Source of the DNA: Squalus acanthias
Lineage: Eukaryota
Assembly: GCA_030390025.1 (NCBI GenBank)
Contig: CM059432.1
Coordinates: 26,848,001 to 26,912,000 of the forward strand
DNA length: 64,000 bases
Direction of reading: 5' to 3'
Positions 47,996 through 62,331 of this stretch are shown one piece after another. Numbering within the stretch: position 1 is the stretch's first letter; each line of letters starts with the position of its first letter. The position numbers were made by a program, and so were the translations under genes. Below the pieces are notes generated by a model. That model saw nothing but the letters and a program-made list of their open reading frames with translations. It did not search any database and was not told the DNA's origin.

Positions 47996-50635
47996 TCCTA
48001 CACCAATGCAGACTCTCCTTGCCTCTCTGATGTTCCAGTGATATCACTGTCTGGGTAGAGTCTCTGACACCCTGAAGTGTCACTGGTGATTGCAATGGAG
48101 GCCTCAATTTTGGACTGGCTCGGAGCAAACTAAAGCTGGCCTACCTCAGGAAAACAAGCTATTGGTCAACCATGTAAGACCCCATTGTGATAAGAAATGT
48201 GTAAAGAAAAGAAAGGCATGATGTGGATCCCAAATAGACATTCGGTAATATTCTGAACAGTCCACTGCCTGTGAGAACGCAGCCAATTCCCTATCCAATC
48301 TAGGATCTTGTCTCCTATCCCACAGAACTCTATCTTCTAAAGTAGCCTATTGTATAGCACCTTGTCAAAAGCTTTCAGAAAGTCAAAATAAATAATGCTA
48401 CAGATCCTAAATGTAGTCAGTTTGTCAAAGTATGTAGGGTACCCAGCATATATTCCTTGGGTCAGGTGGTTCTGCACTGGCTCCCAGTTCAGTCCATGTT
48501 TGGACACACACTAAAATCAGTATCTTCACTCAGAGTGGTTCTGGAGGGAACGAGAGCTGAAATGGAGGGTCTTCATGAGTAGAAAATTTTACATAATCTT
48601 GGGTGTTTTTCCTAACTTTAAAAATAAAACATACAAGCATGGGATGGGGGTGGTAGTACTTTGAAATGGTAGTATTCTACCCTAATGTTCCTTCTAAAAC
48701 AAACTCAAAATTTGAAAAAACCTTGACGACAGCGGACTTTTGAGAATTCCAGGACCAAGATGCCCTATTAAATATAAATCAACTAACTTGCTTGATTAAC
48801 AGAGCGGATGTTTGCAAGTATGTAACTATTGCTAATTAAATATAGGATAACATACTTCAATGCAAGTTACAAAAGTGCAACACGATCAAGGCATTCAGGT
48901 GACATCATAAATCTTATGAGTGAAGATTTAACAGTTGAAGGTCACCCAAACCCTTAGATTGAGTTAATTACTTCCCTTGTATTTTTTTCTTCAAAATAAT
49001 TATCTGAACCAGTTTCAAATCTGATTTGAGGTTAGTGCACTGAAAGAAATTTGAAGTATCAATAGGCATGTACTTAAAAGGAAACCTCAGGTTTATATAA
49101 CACTACAGCTGACCAGCATACCAGTTGAAGTACTGTACTATAATTGATCTTGGCTCTCGTGCCAGGAGAGGGAGATAGGGAAGTGGGGGCAACAAAACTT
49201 CCCAGGACTCTCATTTACATCTGCTACCCAACAACCACCACTGGAAAGTGCATGAGCAGACATCTGGTGAGGACAGGATCCAACTCAGCAATTATACCCT
49301 GCAGCTAAGCTCCATCTTGCCAACACAAAGATTGTTTCCTCAGACAAGGTATTGTCGATAGACAATGTTTATTGAACCACACCCCAAGATTAGATGGCCT
49401 CTTCAAGAGGGGAAGGCAGAAAACGCAATCGGAATAAAACAGTGCATTTGAACCACTGAGGCACTTTGATTCGAATAAGGACACTATATATTTCTGCACT
49501 GTTATTCAGAGGCTTTTATGTAATAATCAGATGCTTTGAGAAAAAGGTTATAAGTATATCAACAGGGTGCACAGATAACACCACCGGCGCACCATGGCTG
49601 CAGTGTGTACCATCTACAAGATGCACTGCAGCACCTCCCAAACACACAACCTCGACCACCAAGAAGGGCAAGGGCAGCAAGTGCATGGGAACACCACCAC
49701 CTCCAAGTCACACACAGGAAAATTAATAGTTGCATAGCAGAAGGACCAAACTATAACGTGGAAATAAAAGAAAATAATGGACCAAAAAGGGGACAAGCAT
49801 GAAAATGTAGAGGGGAAATCACCCCTGAAAGAGTGGTGGAAGCAGTTTCAATAGTAACTTTCAAAAGGAAAATACATAAAGAAAAAATTTGCAGGGCTGT
49901 GGGGAAAGAGTGGGGGTGTGGGAATAATTGGCTAGCTCTTTCAAAGAGCTTGCACAGGCATCATGGACTCTACGATTCTATGACCATTGGACCTGCAAAA
50001 ATGAAATTCACGCATTTGGAAAAGAAAGCAGAGATTTTTGGATCCATAGGCATTTATTAGTTTATATAAGTAATATACACAGGACAGTGAAAGTCTTTAA
50101 AACATTACAAAAAAAAAATTCTGTCATGCAGGTAAGCCAACTTTGGTTGGCAAGCATGAGATTCTTGGAGAGCATGCAACTCTGAATAGTTAAGGATAAT
50201 AAAGCATTTTCTTTCCCTTTTCTCCCTCGACTCCCAAAGGCTCTGAATCCAGCTACGGTGCAATTCTACAGCGAACATAAACACTCCAGCTCCTCTCTCA
50301 CCCAAGTAGCTATTCCTTGTGCTTGTGCCTAGGTCATGAGTGTCCATATGCTATTCTCGGGTGGAAGGCATCATAGCCAAGCCCAATCCTGTCCTTAGCT
50401 GACCATTCCACACGCACACACCAACATTTTACAGCAGGGGGTCACTTGATAAAAATTAGAAACTGGGATTAAGACAGAAAATGGTAGAAAATTACAACTG
50501 GTTTATCAGCATTCTCCCTTTTCTTGTTTAATAAAGTCAGGGTATAAGATCTGTTGTCACTAGGGTGAAGAAATTTAGGTCCACTTAATTGTCAACACTC
50601 AGCAGCACAATTATGGATTTTGTTCTTCCAAACTT

Positions 50636-51155
50636 AGAATCATCGAATGGTGCAGCATAGAAGGAGGCCATTCGGTCCATCAAGTCTGCGTCGTCTCTTT
50701 TGAAGAGCAATCCAGTTAATCCCGCTTCCTGGCTCTTTCCCCATATCCCTGCAATTTGTTTTCTCCAAGTATTTATCCACCTCCCTTTTGAAGGCTACTA
50801 TTAAATCTGTGTCCACCACCCTATCAGGCAGTGCATTCCAAATCCTAACCACTCGTGTAAAAAGTTTTCTCTCCAATCACCTGTGGTTCTTTTGCCAAAC
50901 ATCATAAATCTGTGACCTCGGGTTATCGACCCTTCAACCATTGGAAACAACTTCTCTTTGTTTACTCTATACCCTTCAAGATTTTAAATGCCTCAATCAA
51001 ATCTCCTCTTAGCTTTCTCTGTTGTTAAGGAGAACAACCTCAGCTTCTCTAGTCTATCCCACTTAACTGTGATCCCTCATCCCTGGAACCATTCTAGTAA
51101 ATCTCTTCTGTACCCACTCCAAAGCCTTCACATTCTTCCTAAAGTGTGGTGCCCA
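50636..51155 (-). mobile_element. CR1 3' fragment
   Basis: RKLFTRVVRIWNALP and a HER1-like tail. Confidence 0.85.
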
Positions 51156-51224
51156 GCATTGGAGTCTTGTCTTTTTTTTTTAGAGGGATAAGACTTGTGC
51201 TTCGGCACTACCCTAACCCTAACC

Positions 51225-51495
51225 CGCAAGTCCCCTCCAAGTTACACACCATCCTGACTTGGAAATATATCGCTGTTCCTTCATCGTCGCTGGGTCAAAA
51301 TCTTGGAACTCTCTCCCTACCAGCACTATGGGAGTACCTTCACCACAAGGACTGCAGCCGTTCAAGAAGGCTGCTCACTAACACCTTCTCAAGGGCAATT
51401 AGGGATGGGCAATAAGTGCAATCATCAGCGAACATCCCCACTTCTGACATTATACCAGTGGCGCCCACATCCCAGGAACAAATTTAAAAAAAAAA
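51225..51495 (+). mobile_element. LINE family B 3' end
   Basis: caagtcccctccaagttacacaccatcc...gggatgggcaataa followed by an A tail. Confidence 0.85.
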
Positions 51496-53619
51496 GTTTG
51501 AGCTATATAGTGCTGGTAGGCACACTGATGCTTACAGGTCTAATGGTATACTGACATAAGCAATTTGTGATGATGAATTGAGATAGCAATTTAAAAAAGG
51601 CTAGAGATGTAGATAATCACAAATAACTACAGGAAAATGCTTCACTTCCTGATTCATGTAATTGCAGTTGCAAGCTTATTTCTTCCCCTTCCCCCCCCCC
51701 CCCCCCCCCCCCCCACCCAAACTGTTGTCTGTTTTGGGTTGGTGATTTTTTTTTTATTGTGTAGTCTCAAACTTGTGAAAGCTCAAATCTTGGAAGAAAT
51801 GATGTGCCAAGTTCTGCGATTTCTAGAAAATCCCTTTTTTTTAAAAAAAGTCAAATGTATTTGAATTATTGTCGTCTTTTCTCCAAATATAAATTTATTC
51901 TCTAGTCAGGTGACTTCCTCGTAGTCAGCACAAAACCTATCAAAGTTTTTTAGTTGTGGGGCAAAGAGGGAAGATGACTTCATTTTTAACGTTTCGATGA
52001 TGCATCCATGTTTACAAGTCTAAAGCATGACTGGAGCAAAAATTTATTTATTTTTCCTCAGTGAAGAAAATAAGTGGAAAGAAGTCAATCAAAAGAATTT
52101 AACGCTGTATTTAATTCCTTTTTTAAAAGGGAGCTTAATTATTTTTTTTAAATCCTATATAAAGATCGAAAAATGCAGGAAGGAGCTTGTGATGCATCAA
52201 GTCGTAGTGTTTAGGTGATGCCAAGCTATTTTTAAAACCTGGAAGGTTATATGAGCAAGGATGGTCCGAAGGTAAGGAGCTGCACAGTTTGAGATCGTTG
52301 AAAAGACATGTTTGTATTAAGAGATGGTGAAACACAATGATCCAGGAAGTAGGAAGAATGTGATGGATATTTGATTAAGGACATGTTTGAACATTAGCTA
52401 CATCTAATTTTTTTTTTTTACATAATCCGAGATACTGCAGAGCAATGCGGTGCCACTACTGGTGGGACAGTGAAAATGCCTCAAATACAACCAGTTAAGA
52501 GTTGAATAACATGGTAATGTTAGATTGATATTCTAGATCTTTTGATTTGGGAGAAATGTTAGTAGTTTCTCTTGTAAATTATCTCTGGCTTCTTCCCTTT
52601 CTGATGAAATTAATTAAATTGGAGAGAATGCAAGTTGTAAATGGTCTCTTGGAGCAGTGGACTTGACTCACCTTTTCTCATTTTGGAGCTAGTGTTTAGA
52701 TGGTGGGCTTGTATGACTAAAGACCACTGCTGTATAGAGTTGGTTGACAATTAATAAGAGCTTTCATGGATTTAGTGTGACTACACTTCAAAAGACGGTG
52801 CTTATCTATACGCTCAGCAAGTCTGTAATTATGCTAACATCGAATGATTATAGAGTAATTTTGCTGTTCCTGAAGGATATGGGTAAGCTCCACCTTCATT
52901 AGTGTGAAATATTCAACCAGCAAAAGTGGTAGGGAAGAAAGAGAAACCCACACAGATTAATTGGGTTGAGTGATTTGGGGTTGAATGTGGGAAAGAAAAT
53001 TAAAATCTGGAGAGAGATAAAGAATGAATGAGACTTTTGAGTGAGGGAAGATAGGTGATGGGGAAATAAAACAAAGTAAAAACCAGTTTTTCTTTAAATT
53101 GGGGTTGGCACGCTGGGTGAATACATTTTACTGAAACTCAAATGAAACTTTGGTTAGCCATGTCTATTTATCCCAATGGATAAAAGTTTCAGTTCTGTTC
53201 AATTTGACTTCGATATAGTTTTTGCCTTACCCTATTGTGTTCTCAACACAATACACAGTCATAGCCTGCAATAAGTTGCTGTTTTGTGTATATAACAAAA
53301 GTGCATCGTCACAACCACATCTGGAAAATTTTGACCGTTCCAGAGAACTTTTAATTAATGCTAAGTAATGAGCACTGCATTCTGCCATGGTTAAAAATGG
53401 TGAGTGGTTAATTAACAGGAAAGGTTAGAACTCCTGGCATATCCAGGTAAATTTCTGTTCTGCTAACTGGTTTTATTTTAGTTTTTGTCTGTTGTGATGC
53501 TGAAATAAGCACTAATATTACAGTAAGATTGAGCCACTAGATTGATTAGTGAATGAGTTTTTTTTTATTCATTCATGGGATGTGGGCGTCGCTGGCAAGG
53601 CCAGCATTTATGCCAGCAG

Positions 53620-54955
53620 ATGTAACGAGCAGGGTGGATAAAGGGGAACAGCAGATGTAGTGTGTATGGATTTCCAGAAGGCATTCGATAAGGTGCCACA
53701 TAAAAGGTTACTGCACAAGATAAGAGCTCATGGGGTTGGGGGTAATATATTAGCATGGATAGAGGATTGGCTAACTAACAGAAAACAAAGGGGTGCCACA
53801 GGGATCAGTGCTGGGGCCTCAACTATTTACAATCTATATTAGTGACTTGGATGAAGGGACTGTGTGTACTGTAGCCAAACTTGCTGATGATACAAAGATA
53901 GGTGGGAAAGCAAGTTGTGAGGAGGACACAAAGAGTCTGCAATGGGATATAGATAGGTTAAGTGAGTGGGCAAAAAATTGACAGATGGAGTATAATGTGG
54001 GAAAATGTGAGGTTATCCACTTTGGTAGGAAAAATAAAAACAAAGCAAATTATTATTTAAATGAAGAGAGACTACATAATGCTGCAGTACAGAGGGATCT
54101 GGGGGTCCTCGTACATTTAAATATATTCAAGAAGGAGATAGATATATTTCTTAAGGCTAAAGGGATCAAGGGATATGGGGAGAAAGCAGGGACAGGGTAC
54201 TGAATTTGGATGATCAGCCATGATCTCATTAAATGGCAGAGCAGGCTCGAGGGGCCGAATGGCCTACTCCTGCTCCTATCTTCTATGCTTCTATACATGA
54301 AACACAAAGTTAGCATGCAGGTACAGCAAGTAATTAGGAAGGCAAATGGAATGTTGGCCTTTATTGCAAGGGGGATGGAGCATAAAAGTAGTGAAGTCTT
54401 GCTACCTGGAATACTGCGTGCAGTTTTGGCCTCCTTATTTAAAGAGGGATATACTTGCATTGGAGGCAGTTCAGAGAAGGTTCACTAGATTAATTCATGA
54501 GATGAAGGGGTTGTCATATGAAGAAAGGTTGAGCAGGTTGGGCCTATACTCATTGGAATTTAGAAGAATGAGCGGTGATCTTATTGAAACATAAGATTCT
54601 GAGGGGCTTGACAGGGTAGATGCTGAGGGGATGTTTCCCCTCATTGGGGAATCTAGAACTAGGGGGCACAGTTTCAGGATAAGGGGTCACCCATTTAAAA
54701 TGGAGATGAGGAGGAATTTCTTCTGAGCGTCGTGAATCTTTGGAATTCTCTACCCAGAGAGCTGTGGAGGCGGAGTCATTGAATATATTCAAGGCCGAGA
54801 TAGATATATTTGAGCTACAGGGGAGTCGAGGGTTTTGGGGAGCGGACGGGAAAGTGGTGTTGAGGCTAAGATCAGATCAGCCATGATCTTATTGAATGGC
54901 GGGGCAGGCTCGAGAGGCCGAATGGCTTACTCCTGCTCCTATTTCTTATGTTCTT
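53620..54955 (+). mobile_element. CR1 (family A), 5'-truncated, with a nested CR1 3' end at 54117-54293
   Basis: [19 protein letters not shown] and LADD motifs; nested piece flanked by TSD tacat (54112-54116, 54294-54298). Confidence 0.9.
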
Positions 54956-54956
54956 C

Positions 54957-57900
54957 TTGCCCATCCCTATTTGCCCTTGAGAAGGTGGTGGTGAACCGCT
55001 GCAGACCGTGTGGTGAAGGTACTCCCACAGTACTGTTGGGGAGGGAGTTCCAGGATTTTGACCCAGTGATAATGAAGGACGGGCGATATACTTCCAAGTC
55101 AGGATAGTGTGTGACTTGGAGGAGAACCTGGAGGTGGTGGTGTTACCATGCGCCTGACGCCTTTGTCCTTCTAGGTGGTAGAGGTCGTGGGTTTGGGAGG
55201 TGCTGCCGAAGAAGCCTTGGCGAGTTGCTGCAGTGCATCTTGTAGACGGTACACACTGCAGCCACGGTACGCCGGTGGTGGAGGGAGTGAATGTTTAAGG
55301 TTATGAATAGGGTGCCAATCAAGCGGGCTGCTTTGTCTTGGATGGTGTCGAGCTTCTTGAGTGTTGTTGGAGCTGCACTCATCCAGGCAAGTGGAGAGTA
55401 TTCCATCACACTTCTGACTTGTGCCTTGCAGTTGGTGGAAAGTCAGGAGGTGAGGCAGAATACCCAGCCTCTGAACAGTATTTATGTGGCTAGTCCAGTT
55501 AAGTTTCTGGTCAAGTTTCTAGGATGTTGATGGTGGGGGATTAGGCGATGGTAATGCCGTTGAATGTCAAGGACGCTTGCTTGTTGGAAATAGTCATTGC
55601 CTGGCACTTGTGTGGCACAAATGTTACCTGCCACTTATCAGCCCAAGCCTGAATGTCATCCAGGTCTTGCTGCGTGCGGGCATGGACTGCTTCATTATCT
55701 GAGGAGTTGCGAATGGCACTGAACACTGCGCAGTCATCGGCGAACATCCCAACTTCTGACCTTATGATGGAGGGAAGGTCTTTGACCAAGAAGGTGAAGA
55801 TGGTTGAGTCTAGGATAGTGACCTGAGGAACTCCTGCAGTGATGTCTTGGGCTGTAATGATTGACCTCCAGCCATCACAACCATCTTCCTTTTGTGCTAG
55901 GTATGACTCCAGCCAGTGAAGAGTTCCCCCCCCCTGATTCCCATTGACTTCAGTTTTATTAGGGCTCCTTGATGCCACACTCTGTCAATGCTGCCTTGAT
56001 GTCAAGGGCATTCACTCTCCCCTCACCTCTGGAATTCAGCTCTTTTGTCCATGTTTGGACCAAGGCTGTAATGAGGTCTGGATCCGAGTGGTCCTGGCGG
56101 AACCCAAACTGGGCATCGGTGAGCAGGTTATTGGTGAGTAAGTGCTGCTTGATAGCACTGTCGACGACACCTTCCATCACTTTGCTGATGATTGAGAGTA
56201 GACTGATGGGGCGGAAATTGGTCGGATTGGATTTGTCCTGCTCACTGTGGACAGGACATACCTGGGCAGTTTTCCACATTGTCGGATAAATGCCAGTGTT
56301 ATAGCTGTACTGGAACAGCTTGGCTAGAGGCGCGGCTAGTTCTGGAGCACAAGTCGTCAGCACGAAAGCTGGAATGCTGTTGGGGCCCATAGCTTTTGCT
56401 GTATCCAGTGCGCTCAGCCGTTTCTTGATATCACATGGAGTGAATCGAATTGGCTGAAGACTGGCTTCTGATGGTGGGGACCTCAGGAGGAGGCCGATAT
56501 GGATCATCCACTCGGCACTTCTGGCTGAAGATGGTTGCAAACGCTTCAGCTTTGTCTTTTGCACTTGTGCTGGGCTCCACCATCTTTGAGGATGGGGATA
56601 TTCATGGAGCTTCCCCCTCCCGTTAGTTGTTTAATGGTCCACCACCATTCACGACTGGATGTGGCAGGACTGCAGAGCTTTGATCTGTTCCGTTGATTTT
56701 GGGGTCGCTTAGCTCTGTCTATAGCATGCTGCTTCTGCTTTTCAGCATGCATGTTGCAGCATCCCCAGCTTGGCACCGCATTTTTAGGTACTCCTGGTGC
56801 TGTTCCTGGCATGCTCTTCTACACTCCTTATTGAACTAGGGTTGGTCCCCTGGCTTGATGATGATGGTAGAGTGAGGGATATGCCGGACCATGAGGTTAC
56901 AGATTGTGGTGGAATACAATTCTGCTGCTGCTGATGGCCCACAGTGCCTCATTGGTGCCCAGTTTTGAGCTGCTAGTTCTGTTCTGAATCTATTCCATTT
57001 AGCACGGTGGTAGTGCCACACAGCACGATGGAGGGTGTCCTCTGTGTGAAGATGGGACTTCGTCTCCACAATGACTGTGCGGTGGTCACTGCTACCAATG
57101 CTGTCATGGACATCTGCGGCAGGTGGATTGGTGAGAACGAGGTAAAGTAGGTTTTTCCCCTCGTGTTGGTTCTCTCGCCACCTGTCGCAGACCCAGACTG
57201 GCAGCTATGTCGTTCAGAACTCAGCCAGCTTGGTCAGTAATGGTGCTACTGAGCCACTCTTAGTGATGGACATTGAAGTCCCCCCCACCCATTCTGTGCC
57301 CTTGCTACTCTTGGTGCTTCTTCAAAGTGGTGTTCAACATGATTCATTAGCTGAGGGAGGGCGGTAAGTGGTAATCAGCAGGAAATTTCCTTGCCCATGC
57401 TTGACCTGAAGCCATGAGACTCCATGGGATCCAGAGTCAATGTTGAGGACTCCCAGGGCCACTCCTTCCCGACTGTATACCACTGTGCTGCCACTCCTGG
57501 TGGGTCTGTCCTGCCAGTGGGACAGGACATACCCAGGGATGGTGATGGAGTCTGGGGCATTGGCTGAAAGGTATGATTCTGTGAGTATGACAAGTCCACA
57601 GATGTTGGTGAGGAGGACTTTGCAGGGTCGACTGGGCTGGGTGTGCCGTGTCCGTAGCTGGTGCCGAGGTTGATGCCAGGTGGTCCGTCCGGTTTTATTC
57701 TTACTGTTTTTCGTAGCGGGTTTTTTACAACTGAGTGGATTGCTAGGCCATTTCAGAGGGCAGTTAAGAGTCAACCACATTGTTGTGGGTCTGGAGTCAC
57801 ATAGGGTAAGGACGGAAGATTTCCTTCCCTAAAAGGACATTAGTGAATCAGATGGGTTTTTACGACAATCCGATAGTTTCATGGTCACCATTACTGATAC

Positions 57901-58025
57901 TAGCTTTATTTAATTAACTGAATTTAAATTCCCCAGCTGCCGTGGTGGGATTTGAACTCGCGTCTCCAGATCAGTAGTCCAGGCCTCTGGATTACTAGTC
58001 CAGCAACATAACCACAATGCTACCA
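54957..58025 (-). mobile_element. near-full-length LINE family B (single APE-RT frame, decayed) with a tRNA-like 5' head
   Basis: Minus ORFs from 57334-57780 (APE) to 55143-55409; head TGGTAGCATTGTGG...GAGTTCAAATCC at 58025-57948. Confidence 0.9.
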
Positions 58026-58064
58026 CATTTATTGCCCATCCCTAGTTGCCCTTGATGATGGTGT

Positions 58065-58395
58065 TTCATAACCACTGTGCAACTTTTGAAGTTTAAGTAG
58101 GCAAATGTGGCATCAGTTTGCACAAGTCCCGCCAGCAGCAAATGAGTTGAGTAACCAGTTAATCTATCTTTTGGTGCTGGTGGTGATTGAAGAAGTAAAG
58201 TTGGGAGAACTCCCTCCTCTTCCAATAATACCATGGAATATTTGATGTCTACCCGAATCACAGGAACAGGCAGGTGGGACCTTAGTTTAACATCTCATCT
58301 GAATTATGGGACTTCCAATAATGCAGCATTCTCTCGGTATTACACTGAAGTTTTAGCTTAAATTGTGAGCAAGTTCTAGAGTGGTAATGAAGCTA
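58065..58395 (-). mobile_element. Deu-domain SINE (degenerate)
   Basis: gggaccttagtttaacatctcatc...aatgcagcattctctcggtattacactgaag is the reverse complement of the 30763 family core. Confidence 0.7.
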
Positions 58396-59589
58396 TTGCA
58401 ATATGAGTAGCTTTATTACAGTTCTAATTACTTTGCAGGACCAAAATATGCACCAACAGAATTTGTTTAAAAAAAACTTGAATTCTGCTTGCCTCTATTA
58501 CTCCCCTTTAATTTTGCTTTGTTTTGGTAAAGGGGAAAATTTACATAGAGTAAAAAAAGTAAAGTTTAAACCCTTTTGCTTGCCTACTTCCTTTACTTTG
58601 AGTTCCTACTATCAATTTTGAAGGTGGGAGCATGTTTCTAGCAACTGTTTTTTTCATTGGATTTAAGGGCATTATTTTTTTGCCAACCAGAAGACTAGAC
58701 TTGGAAGATTGCCTGGTTTCAGAGACCATGGCAATTACAGGGGAATACTTAACCATCGCATTAGAAATGTTAATTGGTGTAGAGTGTACAAATGTGTATA
58801 TATATAGTGGGAGAGAAGATAAACCAGTGAGAAAAGGGAAGTCTGTATTGAAGGCTCTGAGTTTAAATCAAGCTGGATATTTTTAAATATTTCAAATTTA
58901 CAAGTCAGTTTGCGGACTACCCAAGAGTAGTCACCCAAGAGTGTAGTTGGGATTTGCTGGCCTGGCAAGACCTGCAAAATCTGCTGTACAGTAGTGGCAA
59001 GAATGTCCTGCCTGTTTACATGGAAATCAGTCCCGTGCAGTCTCCTTGCTAATTGTGACTTCCGGTACAAGGGAAGAAAAATCCATTTTAAATCTGTAAT
59101 TTTACTTACTTTTCTTTTCTCCTTGTGGAAGCTGTTTAGATATTTGAATTTGTAGTTAGAGTTGTAGTCAACTGTACTTTACATAATCTTTTGGTCTAAA
59201 TGTAATAATCAGTTCAGTTCCTATCCAGGATATTGGGTACAGAGGAAAAGGTGAGTGGGTTTAGACTGAATTATTGCCATGCATTTGTCAGAACCTTTGT
59301 GTGTTCCCTTAGTATTCGTGTGATACATAATTTAGAGATGTTGCCCTGTGATGTCTAATCTAGGAATTACTGGCTATTGTTTACATTTTTGTAAATAAGT
59401 GGGTGGGAAGTGAAGACAATTGGATTTTTTTTTAATTTGTGCCATTGGATATTGCAAATGAAATGCTCACTCAAGATTTGGTTGCAACTACATTTTTATT
59501 CCAAGTGGTCAATGTTGCACATTCCATTCCTTTTGATTCTGACAATCTTTTTGTGCTCTTAATTTTTTTCCTGAAATGATAAAAATGGT

Positions 59590-59910
59590 GCCTGCTGTTG
59601 GCATCTACTCAACAATGTGAAAAGATTTCCCAGGTTTGTCCTATCTACAATAAAACAGGACAAATCTAACCCAGCCAATTACCACTCTATCAGGCTCTTC
59701 TCAATCATCAGTAAAGGAGTCATCAATAGTGTCATCAAGCAACATCTGCTCACCAACGTTCACTTTGAATTCCGCCAGAACCTCTTGCTTCGAGTCCTAA
59801 TCACAGCCATGAGACCAAAATGGACACAAGCTGAATGTTGGAGAAGAGGTGAGAGTTGCTGCCCTCGACATCAAGGTAGCATTTAACCAAATGTGGCACC
59901 GAGGAGCCGA
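59590..59910 (+). mobile_element. LINE family B internal fragment
   Basis: KQDKSNPANYHSIRLFSIISK. Confidence 0.75.
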
Positions 59911-62167
59911 AATTAGTCATTGTACTACTGAATATTTCCCACAATTTAAATAGATATAGCATGAACGTTGTGTACACCATTGTTCTGCTTCACTAAAATA
60001 CTTGACAATACTGTTGACGTTGGGTCTCCTGTGATAATACAATTGTAGTCTGTTGCTGTAAACATCCCCGACTGGAAGCTGTAAAATGGTTTCTCCAGCT
60101 TTCAGTCAGATGTTTGCGACCACCGGCTACATCCAAACCTACATTCTTGAAAATGATGGGAGTTGCGCAACATTCTCAATTAACTTACAATTAGAATATT
60201 TTTTAACTCCGTTTTTGACTTAATTGACCCCTATGCAATAACAGCCTTAGAACTACTTCAAGATATATCCACAATTCTCTGCCTAGAATCTAAATTTTTG
60301 TCTGATTTTTGGAAGTTTTGTGGCCCAATAGAAAGAAAGCTAACTCCTTGGGGTGTTGCAATTTTCCATCCCTAGTTTGGGGAGGGAAAAAATCAGCCAG
60401 GGTTCCTAGTGACTACCTGCTGGAAAGTGCTCAGCTATGATGGCCCTCATGGTAGAATAACCTATTGTCCATACTTGCAACATTAGCAGGATCTATATGA
60501 CGGTGAGAATCTGAGAATCAAAATGCTGTCTAGCCTTCGCTGCCTTTTTCTTCTAGTTCAGTCAGATGGATTTCAATGATTGATCTCTTCCGTTGCTCCC
60601 TACCAGTGCAGCTCATTTGATGTGAGGTTGAGATAGACTGGTATACTAAAAATCTGGAATTGTGCGCACATGATTCATTACTGTTGGATTAGATAGTACT
60701 GTTCCTTTTTGTAGATTTTGGATTCAGTTTTTCATTTTTCCATTGCATCATGTGAGACAGCAATTAAAAGGTGTTTGGTACTGGGCCAAGCTGCAACAGT
60801 TTTAAATTTAAACACAGCTCTCAGCTGAATGGCACATCCTTTCACTCCCAATCACAATCTGGTAACTTGATTCAGTAGTGAGTGCCCTTTTAAATTTGCC
60901 TTTCCATGTGTTGAGTATGATTTATTTAACACAAGCATTTTTGAGATTTTTTTGAGGGGAGCCTGAGAAACATGAGACCTGTTTTGCAGTTTCTGAAATG
61001 ATTCTTCTGACTGGTGTATGTAGCTACAATACTTAACATCTCTCAATGTCTCTAATTTGATATTAACACACACAGTAGTTTCTGCCAGTAATGCTGGGAA
61101 CGATGTAAGACTTTGTGGATTGATAAGTAGTTGACTTGCATGTAATGACTGGCTCAAAGAAGGGGAGGATTGGGAAAAAATTACTGGCTACAAAGTATTC
61201 GGGAAAGATGGGGAAGGAAAAATAGGAGGGGTGGCAGTATTGATCAAAGAAACTATTATAATACTGGAGAGGGATGATGTAGTTGAGAGGCCAAAGACAG
61301 AGTCTATTTGGTTAGAATTAAGGAACAATAGAGGAGCTATTATACTACTGGGTGTATACTATAGGCCACCAAATAGTGGGAGGGAGATAGAGAAGCAAAT
61401 TTAAAGACCAATTACAGAAGGTTGCAAGAATTACAAAGTAGTGATGATGGGAGATTTCAATTGTCCTAATATAGACTGGGATAGTAACAGTGTAAAGGGC
61501 AAAGAGGGGGAGGAATTCCTGAAATGTGTACAAGCTTGATAAGTATGTTTCCAGCCCAATGAGGAAGGAAGCAGTGCTGGATTGAGTCTGGGGAATGAAG
61601 TGGAGCATGTTTTAGTGGGAGAGCATTTGGGGAATAGTGATCATAATATCAGCTTTAGACTAGTTATGGAAAAATGACACTGCACAATCAAGTGTAAAAA
61701 TACTTAACTGGAGCAGGGCTAACTGAAAAGGGATCTGGCCCAGGTCTATTGGAATCAAAAGTTGGCAGGCAAAACAATAATTGAACAATGGGAGGGCTTC
61801 AAAGAGGAGATGGTTTGGGTACCGAATAGGCACATTCCCACAAGGGGAAAAGAAAGTGCATCCAAAGCTAGAGCTTTCTGGATGACTAAAAAAGGAGGAT
61901 AATGACAATTGTAAGGTTCATAATACAGTAGAGAACCTATCTGAAGTAGAGAGGAGATCTAAAAAAGGAAATGAGAGAGCATGAGAATAGATTAACGGCT
62001 AACATAAAAAGGAACCCAAAAGTCTTTTATAAACACGAATAGTCAAAGGAAGGGTGGGGCTGATTAGGGACCAAAAAGGAGATCATCTTGTGGAGGCAGA
62101 GGGCATGGCTGAGGTATTAAATGAGTACTTTGCATTTGTCTTCACTAGAGAAGAGGATGTTGCCAAT

Positions 62168-62331
62168 CAATGTATCTGTTAAGCTGCGTGGCCACGCAGT
62201 GCTCTAGAAGTCCTGCGCAGGCAGCTCAGTGGCTTCACAATGGAAAAACCGTGTGTGTGTGCGGAAATTTGAATTGGCCACGCAGCCCGTTCAAAGGACT
62301 GCGCACCCAAAAAAAATTAGCGGGTACATTG
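62168..62331. mobile_element. hAT-type MITE (164 bp), 8-bp TSD
   Basis: TIR CAATGTA...TACATTG; TSD ttgccaat / ctgctaat; interrupts CR1 ORF2. Confidence 0.8.
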
